A stretch of DNA of 54,243 bases from Gonapodya sp. JEL0774 (Eukaryota), in contig JADIIX010000034.1 of assembly GCA_027604505.1 (NCBI GenBank), positions 124,001 to 178,243 on the forward strand, read 5' to 3'. The position numbers and the translations under genes were made by a program. The notes beneath the pieces are model-generated. The model was not told the DNA's origin, ran no database searches, and worked only from the letters and a program-made list of their open reading frames with translations. Below are positions 34,698 to 47,996 of this stretch, piece by piece. Numbering within the stretch: the stretch's first letter is position 1; each line of letters starts with the position of its first letter.

Positions 34698-36400
34698 ATT
34701 GTATCTAATTGTGGTGGATCCTTTTCGGTGATCTTCTTACGCAGTTTGAGAAAAATTTCGGCGAGGAAAATGCTTGGATATCCTGCAGTCTCTCGGGCAC
34801 ATCAACTATCGGCACGGGGCCGGGAGACGTACGCGTCCTACCCAGCTAAGCGAAATAACGCGCAAACGAGTCTGCATGAATTGTTGCGCTCTAAAAGGCA
34901 TTTAATATAGAAAGTGTTGGGAAGGTTGAGGACGGTGAACCAAGAAGTCCTACCAGTTGCACAGTGGTTCAGCGTGAGAATTTGTGAATACTCATTTCCG
35001 AGCACTCAACTATGTGAATATCACGCTCATGCACCTCGTCGATGATAAGATGAGTAAGCCTATTAAATGGATCAAGTGGCACGTTATTTAAATCAGTAGA
35101 GGAGACTTTGCGACGGAGCGATCGTGCTTCTCGTCCCAGTGGCACAATACAGTATTGAACTGTGCTCTTTGGGGGGGGATCCGCTCAAACCGAACCTGAT
35201 ATCCAACGGTACAGCCAATGGATTCACCGCATTCTTCAGAAACTCTCCGAGCCACGCTAATTGCGGCGATCTTCCTGCTCGGTGAGTGTCAGCACACGCG
35301 AGATGCGAGATAGAAACATAAGGTAACACTCACCGGGGTGGAGTTACCACAATGTTACATCGCGCCCTTTCTCCATCACGAATGTGTGTATCCAGAATCA
35401 TTTGAGGTACTTGCGTTGTCTGACGGGTTGTTGTTGATCTTCAAGGGTTATACATGACCTCAGCTGCTGAGCTTAAAAATACACGACTCAATTTGCCACT
35501 TCCTGCGTCGCCAACAGTAAAAAGCATCATCCTCAAACGCTCTGATTTTGATCGAAGATTTGTGGCTTGATCAGTTGACGGGGTTAGGGATTGAGATGTG
35601 TCTGATGTTACAACAACAAACGAAGTAACCAGCCGAGCATCCTGGCTTCCATGACCGTGAACGCGTGTCCGAGTTGCAGAGAAGGTAGAGAAAATATTGT
35701 TTTCAGAGGATTTGAAAGCCTCCGAGTAGAGCTGCATAACCCCCTCATCCCAACGGGAGTGAGGAGGCGACTTTCTGGGTGACGATCCACCGTGATTAGC
35801 ACTTGAATCTCGTGTATGAAGTCTCCAGAATGGCCGACTTTCGCCGGATGGAGGCAAAGTTCCCTGTTTTGGCGAATGTCCAACGGACGGCCGAACTGAC
35901 GTCATTCGCAAGTCTTGGCTTTCATGGCTATGCTGCCGTGTCCGCCCATCAAGGAAAGTGCCAGAGGGCGACACTGGGGCGAGTCTCCCCGAAGAATGGG
36001 ACCCGTCAGACGGTCGTTCAGGTGATGGAGGTGGCCAGACTCCTCCACCATCCCCGGAATCCTGTCTTCCAAAGAGTTTCTCTCACGTTCCAGTCGAAGA
36101 ATTGCTGCCACGCCTGCTCGTAAAACCCCTGGTCTTGTTGAGCGTTGTCCTTGACGAAACCAACTCCAGCATCCCTAGCGCTTTGTGAAAGCTTGGAGTC
36201 CTTATCTGAGCGTCAAGGCTGTGACCTTCCGACCTGTGAAACGCGAGTCTTTCCCTGTTTCTATTGAAGCAAGAATCCATGCAGGGCTTAACCAGTCATC
36301 GTGTGTTCTACGCTCGCGATTATCAGACTTCACGCTGACACCAAACTACCACATCATAAGAGTAGCTAACCTCGTGAGTTCCGTTGGTGGTGTAAGGGCA
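34698..36400 (-). pseudogene. Inverted, truncated and disabled duplicate of the 5' half of the DEAH helicase gene
   Basis: 34698-35298 is the reverse complement of window ~3-690, introns included. It has an ~80-nt deletion, CAG>TAG at 34846-34848 and frameshifts. It continues with TTQVPQMILD and GDAGSGK (Walker A). The upstream boundary is approximate. Confidence 0.85.
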
Positions 36401-36810
36401 AGATGAAGGTTTTGTTAATCTACGTTTTGTGCTTACTGCACAGGGGCAATGACCACAACCCAGGAACGCAAAACAATTCTCGCTGTCTATGTGAGTTTTT
36501 TGGATTGACATACAATAGCACGTAGCTTGAACCCAAGCCTGTCTGCAAGACTACTGGGAGGTGGATGTTTGTTTAGTTTCTACATAAAGCAGATGCTCTC
36601 TCGGATTTGTGTGGTGTTTTGGGGGACATCTGTGCCTCCAAGCCCCCTGTTCCCCACAACGGAAAACGTCAAAGTTTTGTGTTCAGATATTTCACTACGA
36701 AGTCCCTAAGCCATCGGAAAACAGACATCGAGCGCGTGTATCGCCCCCCTGATAGCTACCGTCCAACTCATACCAGTTTCTTGGAGGGCAGTTCTTCCGA
36801 AGTGGTCCTG

Positions 36811-39402
36811 ATGACTGAGCACAGTGAATATCCCGAGACGGAGTCGCAACCCATGGAAGCCCAGCAAGATCAGCCTACAAAGAGGAAGAGAGGAAGGCCT
36901 AGGAAGCAAGTTCTTCCTGATGATGGTTGGTTTGGAGCCTTGGGCCTGGTTCTATCGGTGTGGTGTCTGAGCTCATGAGTATCCTCACCCCGTCAATCCC
37001 TCACACACACATAATCACAGCGATTGCAGCGCTTCTCGCTTCTCTACCTGAAAAGTATGCTTAAGCTGCATGAAGTTTCATGGTTCCCGACGGTCCTTCA
37101 AGACACGTGTTACTTTCTTCCTCCACCCTTTAATTCCATAATCCTTGCAGCATTGTTACCCGATCTCAAACGCAGCCAACCTCCATTCCTGAAAGTGTCG
37201 CCACCGGTGAGAAAGCCGATACTCGGCGACCATTGCAGCGCAAAACTGCCTCTTCCGGGAAGTGTCTGCGAGAAAGTGATGCAACCCAAGGGAATGAGAG
37301 TGTCACGGATAATTGGGACCATTTACATCGTGAGTTATGAGCTCCGTATTTGTGGATGCCAACAGCACATCTAACTTGCCACGGGATTTCACACCAACCT
37401 TGACCAAGAACCTGGGAGAAACCTCCATACTCCCAAAGTCTCAGAACCCACCGTTTGCACCTCCCCATCCTCATCTCTCGTCCCTAGCAAGCGCCGCTAT
37501 AGTAGTCCATCACTTTGCATGATGGACTCTGCTGCCAAACTGCAACCCGCTCATCAGCGCTCGCACACAAATGGTGGCATTCCATTGCCGAGTAACTTAA
37601 AGGTCGCCCGGCCAGACTATCGTCCAATTTTCTCGGATTTCACCGACTTGGATTTGTCCACGATATGGTCGGAGACGTTCACCCGGTTAAGGTTGGGAGA
37701 ACAGGGCAAAGAACTCTTCACTGCCAGCGGAAATAGTCCCCGACTCGATGGTTCCAACCCACAATGGGGAGTCATGAATCCCCAGCCTAATCTTCGGCCT
37801 TTTGTCGACAAACATCTCGGCAACATATTTTTGGAATATTTCCAAGCAACACTCGCTATATTCCATGCACCTACATTCATTGAAAGACTTGCGAACAAGC
37901 CGCCTGCGTTCCTCCATGCCGTCTACGCTTTCGCCGCCCGACATACGGGAAATACCATACTTGCAGATAGCTACTTTGATTTGGCCCGCCGCGAAGTGCA
38001 ATCTCGCATCTTTGAACACCGGCCGGACCTCACCCTCGTGCAAACGCTCGTCGTCATGGTTTTCGACACTATCACCAACGGCTCATTTGGAAATGGATTG
38101 GACGATATGTGGACGTCCATGTGCGTTTCGATGGCGACACAACTGAAACTTTCGCAGGTGTCGCGCTGGGAGAATGGAATGGGCAAGGGTGTCAATGCAA
38201 ACGTGCTCTGGAGGGAGGAGGAGGAGAGGAGAAGAACTTTTTGGGCTATTTACTTTTTGGATGGGTAGGTGTCAATGTGTTCCTGTGTCAGGTTTCTTGT
38301 TTTCGGAAGGTTTCTGAACTCACACGAACACCTTTAAGGTACATTGGCTTTCTTCAACAACGCCCGCCGTACATTGATGAAGCGACAATCACGATTCCTT
38401 TACCGTAAGTTCGACAATTCAAAGTGGTCTCGCGCTCTTTGCCCCTAACATTCACAAATGTCGTGAATTCATCCAGATGCGACGATTTCCATTGGTACAA
38501 GGCCGACCCTGAACCTATCCCGTCCACTTTCAGTCTGCCACCATTCGAACATATCCCTCAAATAACATCGTGCCGGCTCTTCTCGGCGGTTGTAGTTTTC
38601 GTGTACTTCATGAACAGAGTCAACCGTTTCGTCATGGGGGATCACGGCGATGGTGAGTGTGATCGGTTCAAACCCGATCAAGTTACGTTGGTTCGTTTGA
38701 GAGTTTCTAGTTGACCGCTCTAACGTGGAATACAATTCAACCTCACCAGGGCCAACTATCGAGCGCGACTTTCGAATCTGGTACGATCTTGATCCCGACG
38801 TTTTTCCCACGTCTTCACCGTCGGGAGTTGTGAGCACCAAACCCTCGCATCAGAGCATATCTATTGACACTCTCCGCGTCTCTTTCGGAACATTGGTATG
38901 CTACCACCAGTGCCGCGCTGTCCTCTTTTCTAAACTCGCACCAGAGCTTGTGACACGAGAGGCGCTCGCTATCCTTGCCGAGATGAGGCACTTATTATCC
39001 GATCCAAACGTCGGCTCAGGGTGTATTCCTCGGGCTTTTGGCTCTGACTCGATTAGCTCGCAGAAACATCCCTTTTCACTCCCACTCAATCCATTCCCCA
39101 GTGCCGTCTCTATCGGTTGGGACTTCGATGCTCGATTTCCCTTTTTCTGCAACGGTCTTGTGTTTGCAGTCGACCACTTGGCCCAGGTGCGAAGCATTTC
39201 GGAGTCTATGGAGGATCTTCAACTCGTGTTAGATGTGGCGGACGGACTTTCCAGCAAGGGTTGGGGAATGGCCAAAGTTGCCTCTCGGCACCTTACAGCG
39301 ATAGGATTTGAATGCTTCTCGCGGAGTGGAGCCGCCAAGCAGAAGCAGGAAACGGCGGACGAGTGGCTTGATTCGTACATGGCGGGAGGGATTGTAACAT
39401 GA
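36811..39402 (+). CDS. Fungal-specific TF (MHR) domain protein with N-terminal AT-hook-like motif and no Zn2Cys6 cluster
   Basis: KRKRGRPRK in exon 1. Phase-consistent introns lead to YFQATLAIFHAPTF, LHAVYAFAA, LVQTLV, EEERRRTFWAIYFLD, RPPYID, IPLP|CDD. Confidence 0.8.
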
Positions 39403-40111
39403 GCGGGGTATGGCGGCCAACTAACTGTATTCTGGAGAGTGAGAGTGTGATGTGCCATAAGTTTTTACGCCGGCCGTGGATGTTCATTTCCCGATGTATT
39501 TTCTTTGATTGGGGTTGTGTTTTTCATAAGTGACTTCACTCTGTATTTGTAGTCCAATGTATGCCGATTTGCTAATTGAACTTTTCGGGGACTTTTCAAT
39601 CATGCCAAGTTCAAATGGCTGGGTATCAGTAGAGCGGACAATCCAATACCGAGGTAAGAGGACTAACGCTTTACACCAGTGACCCATTCAAAGGGAGAGC
39701 ATATCCGTTTCCTATTCTCCGTAGGAAAGCCACTGCCATCGCGTCAGTTCCTCTCACAGATCTCCTGGTCTTTACAATTTACTGACAACTCGATGCGACT
39801 GCGGAATTTCTATCTTGATTCACGGCGGATTTCCCTGACAGATCACTGTGGTCCAGGCTGTGCAGGGAAAATCGGCAAGATGGGCGAAGATGGGTTCAGC
39901 TCATCACGTAACCATCGACTCTCACTCTTTGGTTCAATCAAGGAAGCTGTAAACGAAGGCATCACTCTGCTTTTAAAAGCAATCGTTGCTGACAAGAGGC
40001 GGCAGCGAATCTCGTGTGGATTACAAACTTATCAAAGGTGTCTTCTCCCGTCGTGCGGAACACCCTGCCCAACGAAGATTCCATTAGTAGTCGCATCCCA
40101 ACCATCTTGTC

Positions 40112-42440
40112 ATGCAAGCGCTGACAAATGAGACAAATGCGGATGAACCCTCCAGCATTCTTCCTTTACCAGGCACTGGGGATGATGGTTCCGTGGCGCA
40201 ATACGAGAACCGAACGTACCAACTTGAAGTGCGAGCTGTCGTCATGCTCGGACTTGTTATAATGGCCGTGAACCTCGCTCAATTCATGAAGAAGAAAAAG
40301 TTTCATTGTAAGTCTACAATCGCCTCGGGACCCTCTGCTGTGCATCCATCCCATCATGGTTTGACCCGGGACGCACTTTTAGACGTATCCGAATCCTCAG
40401 CGTACATGATCATTGGATTCCTTATTGCGCTATTGTGGACCCACGTGATTGCGCCACTTGTGGACGGGGACCGGGATGCAACATCTGGACTCAATAAAGT
40501 CATGCAACTAAGCTCCACTTTCTTCTACATGGTGCTCCTACCCCCAATCGTTTTCGAGGTTAGCTGGGTCGTGTATGATATAATATGTGGTGTTGCCTGT
40601 CCATTGATACACGGATCCACATGACTAGGGTGGCTACAACCTTCGAAGAATGACTTTCTACAAAAATTTTGGGACCATTCTCTCTCTCGCTTTTGTCGGG
40701 GGTCTTTACTCTACCTGCATCATTTGCGTGATTCTCTACGTCTTAGGGGGAATGGTCGCCCCAAACATTACCGTCACCGACTGCCTAGTATTCGGCGCTC
40801 TCATTTCCTCCACAGATCCTGTAACAGTGCTGTCTCTCCTACCGGCGAACCTGGATCAGCGCGTGTACATGCTCATTTTTGGCGAGAGCGCTCTCAATGA
40901 CGCGGTCGCGGTCATTCTTTTCCGCTTCTTCACAAATATGAGCGACCCAGATACATCTCTTGGGTTTGATAGTATCATGTGGAGTATTGTGAGCAGTGTA
41001 TTGGTGTTCTTCGGGTCTCTTGGTGTTGGTCTGGGTACGTTGTGGCCTGTTGGTCCTGCTTGAGTGGATATACCGAGAACGGCACGATCCACTTACCCGC
41101 GGCCTTCCATTCGTTTCTCTGCCAGGACTTGCTCTTGTGTACGCTCTTCTGACCAAGCACGCAAAAATGCCCGACGGACCCATTTACGAGTCAGTCATGT
41201 TCATCACCTTCGCGTACGCTTCCTACATCAGCGCCGAGGTGCTTGACCTCACGGGTATCATCAGCGTATTTTTTTGCGGACTTGGAATGTCCCACTATGC
41301 TTACAACAATGTCAACGAGGTGACACTGCTGAGTACCAAAGTGAGTGAGAAACGTTCGAACACACGCGCTCAACCTTGCAATCCACCAACAAACCAACGA
41401 TGGAATTTCGAGGTTATCTTAAGGGTTCTTTCCATGATTTGCGAGATTTTTATATTTCTGTACCTTGGAATGGGTCTGGTGGCTTTCGGTCCTCAACAAA
41501 CCACCTATAACATCCCATTCATTGCCATATGCATTGCAGCGTTACTGCTCGGACGCACGCACGTTTTCTGGATTTGCATGGGGCATAATTTAATTCACAA
41601 AGATGTACGTCAATTGGTTTTGGAAAAGTGGTTTACTTTATTTTCGCCTTGTGTCACTCATTGAAATCCCCACCGGTGGAAAACAGAACCCGATCCCCTT
41701 CGTGCATCAAGTCCTCATGTGGTTCTCTGGTCTCCGTGGAGCTGTTGCGTTTGCGCTCGCAGTTCAGTTCCTCGAGTATCCATCCTTCTCCCTTGAGTCC
41801 CGCCATCTCATCTTTGGCACGGGAGTAGTGGTGATTTCGTTCACCGTCATCGTGATCGGCGGCTTGACTCCTCTCGTGCTGAAACTCCTGCGGATTGGTG
41901 AGCATTCCAATTTGCACGGAGGTGGAGGCGCTGCTGCGGAGGGGGAGGAGGAATATGAGATGCTCGGAGAGATCGAGAGGGAGAACTCGCAGGCAGAGCT
42001 CCAAGGTAGCGGTGCGATCATGTCATGGCTCTGGCAACTGGATAACACGTGAGAATAAATCTTGTGCGCACATTCTCAAATCCCACCTTTCCAACTGACA
42101 CATTTCGGGTCTTAGGTATTTCAAACCCTTCTTCTCATCCGCGGAACGACACCTTCAATTCATGAAAGAAGGGAGCAATGTGCAAGATGTTCTGCATGCT
42201 CCGGCAGTCATGCGAGGCGAAGATGACGGATTCTTCAAGGATGACGAGAATGTCAGTCGGTCCCAACATGTCTTGAGCCCTTCCTCACCGTCTAAAGCCA
42301 TGCTGAAGGCTGAAGAGGGACTCGCCAGCGTAGCGCAGATAGAAGTTGGTGATGCTGAAGGTGTGCAAAAGAGCAACAATATCCGGAAAGGTTTGACGAG
42401 CGACAAGGACTGGTTAGGCGAGGACAGTGATGAGGACTGA
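40112..42440 (+). CDS. NHX1: Na+(K+)/H+ exchanger, CPA1 family, endosomal/vacuolar Nhx1-like
   Basis: FFYMVLLPPIVFE|GGY, FGALISSTDPVTVL, IFGESALNDAVAV, GIISVFFCG, WFSGLRGAVAFAL. Confidence 0.9.
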
Positions 42441-42787
42441 ACACAACAATTTTCCGATTGAGAAAGAGAGTGTAAGAGAGAAGAATAGCTTCTCGTAAAT
42501 ATGATAAATCCAAGCGGAAACAATGGACATATTTAACTCGGAGGAGACTCTAGATTGCTTCCCAAAACCAGAGTACTTGATTACGAACCAAATATTTGGT
42601 GGGTGGCGCCAACACATGTTGGTCTCAAAAACAGCATTGGAAGATTCCAATTGATCACATATGAGGTTCAGAGTACCTGAATGTCATAACAACTGACCCT
42701 GAAGAAAATGTTCCGGGGTGATCCGAACGCATTCTGACCTGTGAGGTTGTTCGTAGCATCACCGGACATCTAAATGATACAAATGCA

Positions 42788-43843
42788 TCAGCGCCGGTAA
42801 CTATCATTCTGCGTCATCCGTTCGAGTTCCGCCACCCTTGCACGCCACGCCCGATTTTCCATCTGAAGCCCCGCAATTTGATCGTCTTTCGCCCTCAGTG
42901 TCTGCTCAAGGTCAGCGATTCGACGATGAAAATCTTCGTTCTCCTTTGAAATGGGCAATGTGGGAGGATCCAGACCACGTTTGGAAGGTGAATTCGGAGA
43001 AAGTGAGTGCGGACGAGCTGCCGGTGGGAGACAGTGGGAGGGCTGTGCGTCTTCCGCATTCGTTAAATTTGAGGAAGGAACTGATGCATTCAGAGACGGA
43101 GAGCTGGTCTTGCATTGTTCCATCTCCGAAGACAATGGAGTTTCCCCGGTTAGTACCGTCCAAATATCAGGCCTAGGCGGAACATGATATCCCCATCGAT
43201 TTACTCCGTCCACCAACTTTCTCGCAACATGAAGGGTCTCCTTCGTCAAAGGTGCACCATGCTCAACCAAAACTTTCACCACTTCTGTGTTCGGAGAGAG
43301 TTCAACAGAACGTCCAACTGCTTGCCCATTCGTAAGTTTGACATGGCCACCGAGATGATTCATTGTCCTCGTGCCAGATTCCAAAGCAAAATCAAGAGCA
43401 GAAGGCAACATCCAATATGAGCTCTGGTGCCATCGACTCTTTGTCCAGTTTATGAGTGTCCACGATAAACGCTCCTCGGGGATCTTCCATTGAACGGGCA
43501 TGGATGGGTCTGCACCTGAACAAAACACAAATAAGTTAAGGTCTCTGATTCCAGTCATCTTCCGCAGCCGTTCATTTGAACGAAGACCGCGGACATTACC
43601 AGCTTGCAGCAACTCCTTCACGATTGCCCCATTACCCATCGATACAGCCACCACAAGAGCACTCTCCACCTCTTGCGTGTCGCTCCGCTCCGCGTTCGAT
43701 GTCAGATGAACCGAAAACGTCACCTTCTTCCTGCCATTGGGATTTGCACCAGACGCGAGAGCTATTCGTACTTTATCAACCTGTCCTGCCTCGATCGCAT
43801 CAATGAGGCACTCATTTGAATGCTCAAATGGGTCCACAGACAT
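42788..43843 (-). CDS. Ankyrin-repeat protein with C-terminal coiled coil
   Basis: LIDAIEAGQVDKVRIALASGANPN, SALVVAVSMGNGAIVKELLQAG|ADP, VVKVLVEHGA, C-terminal heptads. Includes one in-frame intron. Confidence 0.8.
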   Translation of the reverse strand: MSVDPFEHSNECLIDAIEAGQVDKVRIALASGANPNGRKKVTFSVHLTSNAERSDTQEVESALVVAVSMGNGAIVKELLQAGNVRGLRSNERLRKMTGIRDLNLFVFCSGADPSMPVQWKIPEERLSWTLINWTKSRWHQSSYWMLPSALDFALESGTRTMNHLGGHVKLTNGQAVGRSVELSPNTEVVKVLVEHGAPLTKETLHVARKLVDGVNRWGYHVPPRPDIWTVLTGETPLSSEMEQCKTSSPSLNASVPSSNLTNAEDAQPSHCLPPAARPHSLSPNSPSKRGLDPPTLPISKENEDFHRRIADLEQTLRAKDDQIAGLQMENRAWRARVAELERMTQNDSYRR

Positions 43844-43976
43844 ACGCTCAAATACTTTTAGCGAGAGTCACTGCACAGGGGACTTTATATGTACGTTGTC
43901 GTCAGGAATGAAAATAATTATAACTGCAGGAGCACAATCACCACTCTGAAATGATGACTCTCACCACGGGTGTCTC

Positions 43977-44006
43977 AACTTAGTGGGGTTTAACTTAGTG
44001 GGGTTT
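43977..44006. repeat. 15-bp tandem duplication (AACTTAGTGGGGTTT x2) in the divergent ankyrin/SDR intergenic region
   Basis: Exact direct repeat. Confidence 0.9.
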
Positions 44007-44244
44007 GCTCGAAAACATTGCAGATGAGAGTCATCTCCAGATTTGACATGACCTTGACTTCTAACGCTGTTGGCATCATCACATGTAGCCATTCCTTCCA
44101 TATTTGCTTTCAAATTCAGATTTGTACCACGGATTTGTAAACGGTATTCCACATGTGAGAACGTCCTCTACGACTGTGTTGGTGCCGCGGCTAAATGTTT
44201 TCGGGCCGAGAGGACCGAAACATCAATTCAATACATTTTCTCCA

Positions 44245-46345
44245 ATGGCGTCGTCTGGTCAACATCCAGATGTAAACCCATCGGGAAAAGTCGCTCTCAT
44301 TCTTGGTGTGTAAGATGCCGGCCTCCCAGTACACAGATTTTCATCTGGGAAGCACTCGACAGCAAACAGGAATCCTGACATGATTTTGCTCTGCATACAG
44401 GCGCCAATGGTATCACTGGCACATACCTTATCGAGCTACTACTTGCGAGCTCGGTGTCAGATTGGTCTCGCATCATCGGGGTTTCCCGTAAGCCTCCGAA
44501 TACGTGAGCGCACCTGAATTGCAGATTGCAGTTTATGAACAGACAATTACGTTACTAAATGCAATTGTTGTCTCAGGGAATGGCTTTTGCATGATCTTGG
44601 GCTCTCTCCGGGAGAAAGTTCTCAGGTGACACAAGGGAAGGGTCGACTGTCCTGGATCTGTGCCGATTTCCTGGAAGAGGATGTAGAATCTTTGACCAAA
44701 AAGTTCAAAGAAGGCGGGGCTCGTGACGCAACGCATATCTTTTTTGGAGCATGTCAGTAAACTGAGCCTTAACATCTTACACTGGGGACCAGTAACACCG
44801 ATTGGCCGATAATTTGCTTACAGACATCTTGATTGATGGGACAGGAGGTCCAAAAGAGTTTGTAGCGAATGCAACGATGTTCGAGCGTTCCATCCGAGCA
44901 GCCATTGGTGCGGCTGGAAAGAATGTTCGGCGTGTGCTCCTGCAGGTGAGGGAGTGTGTGTTCGAGACGATGAGGAGATAATTCCCATATTTTTGATTCA
45001 TTACAGATAGGTGCCAAATGGTACGGACCCCATACGGCGAAGTAAGACATCTCGTTGCGGTGCTTGTTTTAAGTAAGCAGCATCCAACTCACGTTGAACG
45101 TAGGTCTCTACCTGTTCCCCTCCGCGAGTCCATGAGCCCCGACGAGAAAGGAGCATCATTCTACATACCCCAACAAAACTTTTTGCGCGAATATTGTATT
45201 GAATGCCGAGCCAGAGGATTGAATTGGGATTGTGAGTCGGACCATCGTTTCGTTCTCTGTGGATACTGTCTAAACTAGAGATGGGTTCGGATTGCCGTAG
45301 GGGTTACAACTGTTCCATATGTGGTATGGGGATTTACAAGGGCTTCGTATCAAAGTTTAGGTGCGTTTTTACATTGCAGGACCAGTGAAATGGGGTCTCC
45401 AACAGTACGCAAACCATTTCCTGCTCCAACATATAACACCGAAGCTACTACTCTTGGTATTTATGGTACGATCATAATTTTCCCAAAAGCTCACGCTGGA
45501 ATGATTTTAATGGATAACTCGCGGTACAGCCGCAATTCAAAGCCACATTGGTGAACCGCTTCATTTCGTTGGCAACAATAATCGCTGGCTCGGAGCTGAT
45601 GATGCAATCTGTGCCGAGCTCCTTGCAAAGTTTAACGTCTGGGCTATTACTACTCAGAAGTGCGCCGGCGAAATATTTAATGGTGAGTCTGTAGAAGTCT
45701 GTTTCAGGAAGTGTGAGACAGGATTTTCATCGAGCTCAATCAGTTTCAAACGCGGATGTGTTTACATGGGAGAATCTGTGGCAAATCTACGTCAAATACT
45801 TTGACTGCAAACCTCCAGCTACATGTGAGTCCGCATTCCCCACGCATCGTTCCCAGAATTATGCAACCCAAGATCTCGCACCCTTCAGTGAATCGACGTC
45901 TACGCACCCAAAATTACTCGCTTGAGAATGCATTTGCATCAACTCCCGCAAAGCCAGGAAAGGGATCAGCATTGTGGCGTGATATCGCTCGCAAGTACAA
46001 TGTTGACCCCAGGGCAGAGGAATACGCTACCTGGTGGTAAGTCAATACTCCTCCCTGTGCGCCATTCGAAGCTCATCTTAGTACCTCTATGCTGACATTC
46101 AGGTTTGGTGACTTTTCGCTTCGGGGTAGCAGATTGATTCTCATGTACGTGGATCCTCCGGCGTATCTTTGATCGTACACACGGACCCTTCTCATGACAC
46201 CTATTTCAGGTCGATGACAAAGGCAAGGAAGTTTGGCTGGACCGGATACGTTGATACCGAGGAAATGGTGATAAGAATATTGGACAAAATGAAGCGCGCA
46301 AAAGTCATTCCCGGACACCATGGCAGTCCACTTCCCAAGATATGA
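44245..46345 (+). CDS. Short-chain dehydrogenase/reductase, PRISE (progesterone 5-beta-reductase)/SirQ-like, many small exons
   Basis: VALILG|ANGITG, IIGVSRKPP, VLLQ|IGAKWYG, P.RES, FYIPQQ, GEIFN, FTWENLW, SMTKARKFGWTGYVDT..VIP, stop at 46343-46345. Confidence 0.82.
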
Positions 46346-46545
46346 AGCTCATTGTAAGATACAATAATTTTCCTATGGAATCTGTTTCAGGAGCCTTGCT
46401 TTCTTGTCTCCTCTTCAATTGAAGGTGCGGGGGTCCCTCGGATCACCTCTCAGCGAACCACGTGCAAAACCCACAGTTCTGAATTTCATTATAATCAAAA
46501 TCATAGACGGAAAAGTACATCGCTCTGTCGGACGGGGGCACAACG

Positions 46546-47996
46546 TTACAGTGCAGGTGCACGGAAACCGTTCTTCAACTCTCTCAACTTCGCCATGCTC
46601 CCAACAATATCACCTGGTTTAGCTCCAACTTTCTCCATAACCTCTGGCACAGTACACCTGACAAAAGGATTTAGAAGATACTCCTCAGAAATGGTGGATG
46701 GGACAGTAACTTGGTTGGGGTTTGCTTTGATGCTTTCAAGGCGGGCAAGGATGGCTGAGTTCGTGGGCTCAATGTGGCGGGCGAAAAGGAGATTTGATTT
46801 TGTGTACTCGTGACTGTGAATTTTGAGATTTACAGGAACCGAAACAGTCAGGGAATAAGAACAATTACAGTAGTAATATCAGAGATTCAAGTTGAGCACA
46901 CATACTGAATCGCTGCAATTCCATAGAGCGCGAAGCATCAACTCACCCACACCACACTTTGGTCTCAGCCGGCAGCTTTCCGAGTGTTTCGGTCAAGTTT
47001 TTGACCATCTCCGCCGCGGTGCCCTCGAAAAACTTGCCGCAGCCTCCGATGAAAAGGGTATCACCGGTGAAAACAGCCTTTTCACCATCTTCTCCAACGA
47101 CATAATAGCAAATGTGACCGCTAGTGTGGCAAGGGGTGTGCAGCGCTGTGACGGTGAGCGAGCCAACTTTGAAGGTGTCGTTGTGCGCGACGGTGTTGGT
47201 CATGGCAGGGATACGGTCATCAGAGCCGTATATCGCAACACCAGGGATGAGAATTGCCAGCTTTTCGTTACCACCGGCGTGATCGTAGTGGTGATGTGCT
47301 ACACGTGATTGGGGCAATCAACGAATTTGCGGGTTAAGAAGGTCAGGAGAAGATAGGAAAATCCACTAGCCACGTTTGACACATTAAGAACTCCGAAAGA
47401 ATCCAGTGTTTTGGGCGGGCCTGCTTCTCCAAACTTTGTTTCGGAGGTCCAACAGATCGTTTCCGACATTTCATCTTGGCTGGCCAACAGTTACAATACA
47501 GATGTACGGGTCGCCGTTTGTTATCAGGTTGGAAGCCCCGTCAGAGGAGCTCTCTGGTCGTTCGGTGATATGCTGCTAGAATGTGCAAAACTTGTCCGAA
47601 CTCACTGGTTAGTCCAATAGAGGCCTTGACTCCCTCCTTATCTGCCACTGCGATCAGCTTTTCAGGTTGGACGGGATCGACAAAGGCTGTGGTGTTGGTC
47701 TTCTCGTCAACAAGGACATATGCTGTTCAAGTGATCCCAAGCAGGATGAGACGGCACCTCCAGAAAAACGATTCGAGATGCTGATTGCGCCTCTTACCAT
47801 AGTTGTCGTCAAGGCAGGGAACAGGAATAACCTGAAATCGCGATGCTGGAATTGAGTTGATCCACTCAAACAGCCGAACTTCCCGACTCACCTTCATTGG
47901 AGATACTGAAGAAGTTGAGAAAGCACGTTTGTACAATACCAATAAGCTGGAAAGGGGCGAGACACAGGGTTTGAGCGATACTAGGATGCGTTGCAT
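46546..47996 (-). CDS. Hydroxyacylglutathione hydrolase (glyoxalase II) with putative mitochondrial presequence
   Basis: [77 protein letters not shown]. Confidence 0.92.

Noticed and set aside
39679..40131. 150-aa ORF upstream of NHX1
   Set aside because: GTG start and no motifs, probably promoter or 5' UTR sequence
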